Origin: Octopus vulgaris
Taxonomy: Eukaryota
Reading direction: 5' to 3'
Assembly (NCBI GenBank): GCA_951406725.2
Contig: OX597826.1
Location: 18,352,001 to 18,416,000 of the forward strand
Length of the DNA stretch: 64,000 nucleotides
Below the pieces are notes generated by a model, which saw only the letters and a list, made by a program, of their open reading frames with translations, was not told the DNA's origin and did not search any database. A program made the translations under genes and the position numbers. Shown one piece after another: positions 55,547-64,000 of this stretch (the first letter of the stretch is position 1; each line of letters starts with the position of its first letter).

Positions 55547-55677
55547 GTGTATATGTATGTGTATGTGTATATATATATATATATGTGTAAAAAAATGTGT
55601 GTGTAAATGTATATATATATGTGTGTGTAGGTGTGTGTATATATGTATATATGTATATGTATATAGATATATATATA

Positions 55678-55714
<37 letters not shown>

Positions 55715-56055
55715 GTGTACGCTTGTGTGTTTATGCATATGTAGGTATGTAGAGTTATGTGTGTATGTATGTATATATACATATGTGTAAATAGGTATAT
55801 ATGGGTATGTTTATATGTATGTATCCATCTGTATAATGGGTAACTGCACGTATATATATATATTATTATTATTATTATTATTATTTGAGTATGCATGTAT
55901 GTATATATGTGTATGCCTGTATGCATGTATGTATTTATGAACATAAGGAGGCGCGTGTGTGTGTGGATGTGTATGCATATGTATAGACATATGTATACAT
56001 TTATGCATGTATGTACTTATGTGTATATATAGATGTGCGTGTGTGTGTATGTGTA

Positions 56056-56108
<53 letters not shown>

Positions 56109-56977
56109 ATGTGTATATATGTATGAATGTATATGTGTATGTATATGTATATATATGTATATATATATGTATATGTGTATGTATATGTATGTATGTGTAT
56201 GTATGTGTATATGTATATGTGTATATATATTAATTAGTGTATATGTATGGACTAGTCTTCTGTGGGTGTATTGAGGTATGTATGTGTATGCGTGTATGTA
56301 TGAGTATGTGTGTACGTGTGAGTGTGTGGGCGTGAGTGAGTGCTTGCGTCCGTATCAGTGAGTAGATAGATAAACGGAATCTTTAGATCATCCCTTGAGA
56401 CCGGCTGACCGGTCAAGATAAAAATAAAGATATAAACAAAAGTAGTAGTACTAATAAAATTAAAATAAGAGAATAAAAATGTGTGTGTATGTGTGTGCAT
56501 CTATATGCATGTGTATATATATGTGTGTATGTATATATATGTGCGAGTGTGTATACATATATGTATATATATGTATGTATATGTGTATTTGTGTGTACGT
56601 ACATGGGTACGTGTATATATATGTATATATATGTATATGTATATGTATGTGTATGTGTATGTATGCATATATATATGTATGTATATGTGGGTATGTATGT
56701 ATATGTATAGATATATGTGAATATGTGGGTGTAGATATGTGTATATATATATATATGTAGATGTACAAGTGAGAGTCTCCTTACTTACCTAAAACTCTAT
56801 TTTTCTATTTATTTTTTTATTCTTTTATTTATTCTTTTATCTACTTTACCACCGATTCCTTTGACCACTCCCCTAATAATGACAGTTTTGCGCCATGCCT
56901 ACCCCCAAAAAAGTCCCCCACCACCACCCATTTAAACCTGCCTAAATGTATAAATGCCAAAACAACTCTTGTCTACT

Positions 56978-57028
56978 AGCTTCCTGATGATTTCTTTTGA
57001 ATGAAACAGTTCTAGTCCTGTAGAAGCT
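56978..57028 (+). ncRNA. Type I hammerhead ribozyme in the PLE pLTR
   Basis: AGCTTC-CTGATGA-tTTCttttGAAt-GAAA-CAGttctagtcCTG-TA-GAAGCT. Stem I AGCTTC/GAAGCT, core CUGAUGA and GAAA, short stem II, stem III ACAG/CTGT, GUA triplet; predicted cut after 57022. Confidence 0.85.
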
Positions 57029-57214
57029 CCTTCTATATAATAAATATATATATATATATATATATTTTATAGAAGGAGCTTCTACAGGACTAGAACTGTT
57101 TCATTTGAATGAAATATATATATGTAGAAGCTCCTTCTATAAAATAAATTAATTTACTCTGCTATGTATTGAGTACCTTATTTACTGTGGTTAACCCCGA
57201 CTCAACCCGGGACC

Positions 57215-57257
<43 letters not shown>

Positions 57258-57670
57258 TTCTTTTCTATCCCACTAAAGTGTACTAGGAGGAAAGATTCGA
57301 ACAAGAGTGGATAGAGCTGGAAAAGAAATAAAATCAGAGAAGATCAGAGAGTGAAAGACATAGTTGTGCTAGATGAGCTGGAGTGAAAAATTTTCAGAGG
57401 CGACTGAAAGAATAGGCAGAAGATGAGGAGGGATAAGATAGAAAAATATGTAACCATAAAGTGAAGACAGAGAAAGAAGGACTAGAAAATGACATATTGG
57501 GGGAGAAAGTAAGTAAACAAAGGGGAAATTAGGGAGGGGAAGGGAATATAGAGAGAGACAGAAACTGGCAGAACTTCAAAATACCCCACCAAAAAGTTTG
57601 ATGTCATACATTCATGTGATGTCAAACTTATTTTAATTTCCTCTTTTAGCTTCTCTTTAATCTTTTTGGT

Positions 57671-57724
<54 letters not shown>

Positions 57725-57986
57725 CTTTTCCTCTCTAACATATTGACAGGTAGAAAAAGGGAGGCATTCATCATGAGAGAAATCTAAAGACACAGGGAGA
57801 GCAGATTGACAGTGATGGTTGTGCCAATTTCAAAACTGGAAATATCTCAAACCAGAAAATATTTCAATTTATACTTTCTTTTGCAGTGAAAAGAAGTTAT
57901 GTGGAAGAAATTAGGTCTTTAAATGTCATAATATATTTATATCTTCTGTAATAAACTTTGTTGTGTGTTTATATATACATACATAA

Positions 57987-58021
<35 letters not shown>

Positions 58022-59223
58022 TATAAATGTACAAAGAGAGAGAAAGAGAGAGAGAGAGTCTCATGAACACATCAATATATGTATATATATATACACACAC
58101 ATATATATTTATACACATTCACACACACACACACACACATACATATACCTACATATACTTGCGTATGTATATGCATGCATATATAAATGTATGTATTTAT
58201 GTATGTGTGCGTATATATTTTTACACACGCACAAACACACACACACACACACATACATGCATATGGAGATAAGTTAGGACAATTGTGCTGATGACACCTA
58301 TTTAGACAGAAACGTGCATTTATGCGTGTTTCCTTTACCTATAGACAACAGGCCTGTCCTTTACTTTAGTAGCATGTCAACTCTGTAGAAGTCTTGAATC
58401 ATGAGATTATTTCTTCTTTTGTCATTAAGCTGGGCTCAGTTGTCATTTGGTAATTGTGACACAATCTTTAGAAGTAGAGAATTCTAGATCAAGAATTTAC
58501 ACTGTATGGTATTTGATATATCTGAATTTGCCTCTGTTGTTCAGATACACGTTACTAGCCTCTAAATGCTATTTCTCTTTGTTCATTTTCATATAAGTGA
58601 ATAATTTAGCCGGACAGGAAATATATATGTCTTGTCCAGTTAAATTATTCATTTACATTTACTGTTTACATAATTTTTATCATGTAGTTCAGTGGGGAAT
58701 TAGTTAGCAACACCATTCACATATGAGCCAAAGTAATAGCTGTCAGTAGTAAACTCCACAGATGTTTTCCTTATTCTATGGTGCAAGTCATTCATACAAC
58801 TAACTTTTTATATACAACCTGTTATTCTGGACTGACTTAAATAAACTACTCTGCTCTACGTTTCTATTAGGTATTTCTTCTCTGGGTCATTGTTATTTTA
58901 GATGGTGTGAGCTTGCCAGTAATTTAAGGAAATAATAATTGGAAAATGAAACTTCAAAAATAAAGAGGTTTTTATTGTGTTAGCCTCAATAAGATATTGG
59001 TTTCAAGTTTTGGCACAAGGCCAGCAATTTCAGGAGGGGATGCAAATCAATTGCATCACCCTCAAGCGTTTCACTGGTATTTATTTTATCAACCCCTAAA
59101 GGATGATGGGCAAAGTCAACCTCAGCAAAATTTGAACTTAGAACATAAAGACAGATGAAATGCTGCTGAGCATTTTGCCCCACACACTAATGGTTCTGCC
59201 AACTTGCCACCTTAAATCAGAAT

Positions 59224-59342
59224 GGCTACAGCACCAAGGTTTCCCAAATGGTTACCCGTCTAAGTACGAAGTAGTTTTGATATTGCTTAACTTCAGTGAT
59301 CAGATGAGAACTGATGCATTCAGCATGATACGGCAGAAAAGC
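59224..59342 (-). pseudogene. Full-length degenerate 5S rRNA pseudogene
   Basis: Reverse complement GCTTTTCTGCCGTATCATGCTGAATGCATCAGTTCTCATCTGATCACTGAAGTTAAGCAA...GTACTTAGACGGGTAACCATTTGGGAAACCTTGGTGCTGTAGCC; 119 nt, colinear with eukaryotic 5S including box A (GAAGTTAAGC) and box C-like sequence. Confidence 0.85.
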
Positions 59343-59830
59343 AAGCAAACCTCGATAAAATATTAAAGTAATTTATATAAATATTTTCCTTCTAATAGAA
59401 TTCTTTTTGGATCCAATCCTTCCAAATAGTTTCAATGAAAAGATTAAATGATCTTGCAAGTCTAAATAAAATATATTGATTCCATTTTATGTCAATAAAA
59501 TGTTTGATACCAGTTTTATTTTTGTTTTAAAATGCTGGAATTTTTTATGATAAAGGTATACTAAAACAAACACACATATACATCTGCTAAATTCACTCCT
59601 AAGTGAGTTTCAAATTCTGTGCTTGTGAAGCAAACTTCTTAACAAATAACCAAATATGTCACATCTATTCATGTGTGTGTGTATGTATACTTAGTAAGAA
59701 GCTTGTTTCCCACCCACATGGTCCTGGGTTCATGGAACTTTGGGTTTAGTGTCTTCTACTATAGCTTCAGGCCTACCAAAGCCTTGTTGGTGGATTTTGT
59801 AGACAGAAACTGAAAGAAGTATGTCGTGTA

Positions 59831-59932
<102 letters not shown>

Positions 59933-61260
59933 TGTGTGTGTGTGTGTACATGTGAGTGTGTGTGTGAGTATGTGTGTGTATGTGAGTGCATGTGAGTGTG
60001 AGTGTGTGTGTGTGTATGAGTGTGTGTGTGAGTGTGTGCGTGTGTGTGTGTGTATGTGAGTGTGTATGTGAGTGTGTGTATGTGTACATGTCTTTGTATT
60101 TGTGCTTGTCCTCCACTACTGCTTGATGACTGGTGTTGGTGTGTTTACATCCCTGTAACTTAGCAGTGCAGCAAAAGTGAGTGATAAAATAATCGTCAGG
60201 TTTAAATAGAAAAAGAAGTGATGAGGTCAAATAAAAGATAAAAGATATATTTAATGTGTATATAACTCTACACACAAACATGTATCTTTCGTACACATAA
60301 GAGAAGTGAAGGCTGTGACTTAGGAACAAAGCTAAGGTATTTTATGCAAGGAATTCCATCCTTACCACAACCAGCTGCTGTTATGTGTCAAATCACACAA
60401 ACACATATTTCATACAGGGTGGAGGGTGCAGCCACCTTCAATAAATTACCATACTTTTTCACTGTATGGTAACTAACCGAAAAGAGATTATTCTGGGTCT
60501 GTTTGGTCACCTGAGCTTGCTGACTGTAAATGTATTAAAAGAGCTAGAATGATGCAATGAAGTGCAGGGGATGAGTTAACCCTTTAGCATTCAGATAACT
60601 CCATCAAATGTAATGCTTATTTATCCACTTTTTAAGAAAAAAAATTAACCATGCATTATCTTTTAATTTCAGGATTTCAAAGATGTGATTGTTTGACTTT
60701 AGAATGACATTGTAGGGTAGGTGTGAGAGGTCTCTCTGAGTACAGCAAAAGGTTTCTTTATTGGCTGAAAAACAGGGCCAAGATAGGTATAAGGTGGGTA
60801 AATGTTAGCCCACGTTACACTTTGTCACAGTAGAAAATGTTAAACAGAAGACATTCATCTTAAACTGCTGTTTTATTGGCTTCTTTTATTTAAATTGCTT
60901 TAATGGTTTGTGTTTTTTTTATGTATTATAAAGCAATTTCCAGTCACACATTACATATAGATACAGTGGCCATTGATAATCATGTTTGTAATTTAGTTTC
61001 TTTAATAAATGTACTTAACATGGTGACTCATATAATTATTTAACTCAACTAATAACACTAGATGTAATTTAATTTGAAAAGCTATTTGGTCATTATAGTC
61101 ACAGATTCTGTAGATTTCTTCATTTCTATTATCAAAATTTTGTACCAAATTTATCTATACAAAATATGGAATGTAACTGGTATGGCTGAAACTTACACAT
61201 GAGTAAATACTGAATATGTGTGTGAGTGCATGTATGTGTGTGTGTGTGTGCACACGCGTG

Positions 61261-61325
<65 letters not shown>

Positions 61326-64000
61326 GTGTGTACATATATATATATTCGCCATGATAGATCGCTAGCCACTAAACCTTTTCTATTTTCTCTCCCTGTTTAT
61401 TTCTATGTTCCTTTCAGTCAAAGAGCATTGGCTCGAAATGAAAAAGACTTTCTCACTTCCCAAGCATTAAACTAAAACATCTGTTTGTTGTTTACACAAC
61501 CGTCTTCGTCTTTTGTTTCTTTGTAACTTCTCACTGTATATACCCTTTCCTTAGTAGCCAGCCTTCTTTTCCATATCTATGATGCATCAACTACCTCGTG
61601 CACCTCTTCTATGTCTGAAATCAAAACTTCGCCATGCCTAACACTCACTCCAAACCCATCTTACCCCCAACAATTTTCCTACTCTTGCTCTATTCTATCT
61701 TTTCAGTAGACCATTCTCTAGTCTCTTTCAGCTCTTCCAGTCAGAGCTTGTCACCCACTCCTCACCATTAAAAAAAACTTGTGATGATGGAGGCAGTGGC
61801 AATGGTGGTGGTAAACAGATGGGACAGACTACTTGTGAACAGGTGTATTTGGCAACAATGGTCACTGTTGTTGTTGTTGCTGGTGTAGTAGTGATATTGA
61901 TGGCATTGGTGACAGTTGTTGTTTAGCCCCAGGTCAAACCTGATCAAGCAAATCTATGATGAAAGGTTATTATCTAGAAACTAAATTATTTAAAGTACCC
62001 TTTCCATTTTAAGACAGTAGTGGTGTTTTTTGAGGGAATTTGGTTGCTATTTTGAACAGATCAACCAACTACCCAGAAACTTCCTTTGTTATAAGATCAG
62101 TCATTGTTATTGTTGTTGTTGTTTGACCCCAGATTAGTCTTAGTCAAGAAAGCATTCCTGTTATGAATATTCTACCTTTGAATATCAACTAATACATTAT
62201 CAAGTGTGTCCATTTCTCTTTAATTCGGTAGGATGAAATTTGGGTAGGATTTACTGTTATTTCTAGCACATCAGTCACTCATACTCACACACTGATTTAT
62301 GATGGTTGTTTAGATGGTGGTGGTGGTGGTGTAGTGGGGGGTGGTAGTGTTGGTGGTGATATCACAATCTTAGTAAAAATATGGTTTCTGAGATAAATAC
62401 CATTATCAATAATTCCATGGATTTTTGAGATGCACAACTAATTTTCAAGGTATCTAATTTTATTAGTGATCAGGGATTATGGATTTCTCCAAAGATTTTG
62501 AATTAGATGACATTTAAGATATATTACAATTTAGTTGAAGAATTCTTATTTGAGGCATGTTATGTTTTGAAGTTTAAAGTATTAAATAGACTAGTTGGAG
62601 ACTTTGTAAGGTATAAAAGGCTAATAATGGCTTTATAGTTGAGAGAAAGTGAGATTTGTGTAGTGACACTACTTAGAAACATTGTGCTTAAGTAAGGTAA
62701 CATTTTATGTAACACAGGTTGATGAGGAAGTTGTGTTTGTGATTGGTTAGTTGAAAACTGTAAACAGGCTAATGTAGAATTCAGGGATAGTCAACTCATA
62801 AAATTACTAACTAAACATTGTAGTGCAGATAGAACAATATCACATCAACATACTAATAATTGATTTCCATTTTTTTATTTCCCTGTCGGCATTATCATCT
62901 CTTTATCATATTTATGTACTACCGAAGCAAAGATGCAAAGAATATTTTCAACCACTACAAAGAGAATAATGTAAAAACCATAACGTTATAGTATTAGATT
63001 TTGTTTGTAAATTTCTCTTTTTTTTTTTGAAGGGTGGGGAAATAAATAGTGCTTTAGTGTAGGCTGCTGTATGGTGATGTGGCAGTAGTGAGAAGTTGTA
63101 CTGTTTACACCAGGAATCACAAGATATTCGTGAATATTTAATGAAGAATTGATTGATATTAAAACTGTCTTAAGTGTATAAAAATTAGGAAAATAGATTT
63201 TGGTCAAAACTTAAAATTAAAATGGACGCTGTTTCCTGAAAATCATTTATAATGACAATCTGTAATAAAATTTAGGAAAACAAGAACAAAATAAAAACGT
63301 TTACTCTTGTATTTTGTTTTTAACTTTTATATAAGTATTTATAATTATTTAGCTGGTTAATGAAATCAAAAAGACAAAAACTTTTCAAATAAACTTTTAC
63401 TTCCTGTAATGTAAATAGCACTTGAACTGTTATCACATTCTTTACTGATTTGCTTATGTATCAAGATGCTGACATAACTCACATTAAATGATGTCTTGCA
63501 AGCTATTAGGTGTCTGAGACACCATTGAAGAATTTTGTCTTCATTGTGCAATTCTAAAAACGACTCATTAAAATGAGTTCCAGTGGCTTTCCCTAGGCCT
63601 ATAGCACTACAAGATAACAAAGTTACTGCTTACAACAGTGACCTTCCTCCACTGTGGTATCTATTCAAAGTTATGCAGACAGATTTCAGTGTCTTTGGAT
63701 CAGACAGTCTCCATGACAAGGCGCACTGCCAACTCCTGCACGTCATTGACTCAGCCTCTCAATTTTTAACTTTTACTTATTTCAGTCATTAGACTGTGAC
63801 TATGCTGGAGCACTTCTTTGAAGGGTTTAGTTGAAAATGTTGACCAAGTAACTGTTTTTTTAAGCCTGGTACTTATTCTATCAGCCTCTTTCACCAAACC
63901 ACTAAGTTATGTGGGTATAAACAAACATTGGTTGCCAAATGATGGTTGGGGACAAATACAAACACAATGGCTCACATATACAATGGGCTCCTTTCAGTTT

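Larger units (their letters stand above)
53682..57218 (+). mobile_element. 5'-truncated Penelope-like retroelement (Naiad-type) inserted in (TA)n, with inverted terminal pLTR copies
   Basis: 96-bp inverted termini 53682-53777 and 57123-57218 (1 mismatch), both flanked by (TA)n; internal RT-thumb, linker and GIY-YIG coding region; hammerhead near the 3' end. Confidence 0.9.

Noticed and set aside
58285-58340. CTGATGA...GAAAC hammerhead-like spacing
   Set aside because: No convincing stem II and no stem I adjacent to the core.
63483-63553. Minus-strand 71-nt AG...GTGAGT candidate exon (LHNEDKILQWCLRHLIACKTSFN)
   Set aside because: No recognisable domain, and its phase-0 end does not fit the EGF exons.

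Overview
AT-rich, microsatellite- and transposon-saturated animal genomic DNA. The SINE, RTE and Penelope repertoire looks like a coleoid cephalopod (Octopus-like); this is an inference from repeat families, not a database match. The only clearly supported host gene is a minus-strand gene sampled by four phase-1/phase-1 calcium-binding EGF exons (28214-28342, 16644-16769, 14509-14634, 5799-5924). The rest is intronic or intergenic: tRNA-derived SINEs, RTE and CR1-like LINE fragments (three RTE copies carry a PHD finger inside ORF2), Tc1, mariner, maT-like and pogo remnants, hAT and piggyBac-type MITEs, and a 5S rRNA pseudogene. The most striking system is a set of Penelope-like retroelements (PLEs), most of them in (TA)n tracts. 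The best copy (53682-57218) has 96-bp inverted termini, an open linker plus GIY-YIG frame, a ~2-kb microsatellite 3' UTR and a complete-looking type I hammerhead ribozyme (56978-57028) followed by its own antisense copy. Other PLE relics carry broken hammerheads, and several fold-back palindromes cluster at TA tracts. Most ORFs in the supplied track are microsatellite artefacts.
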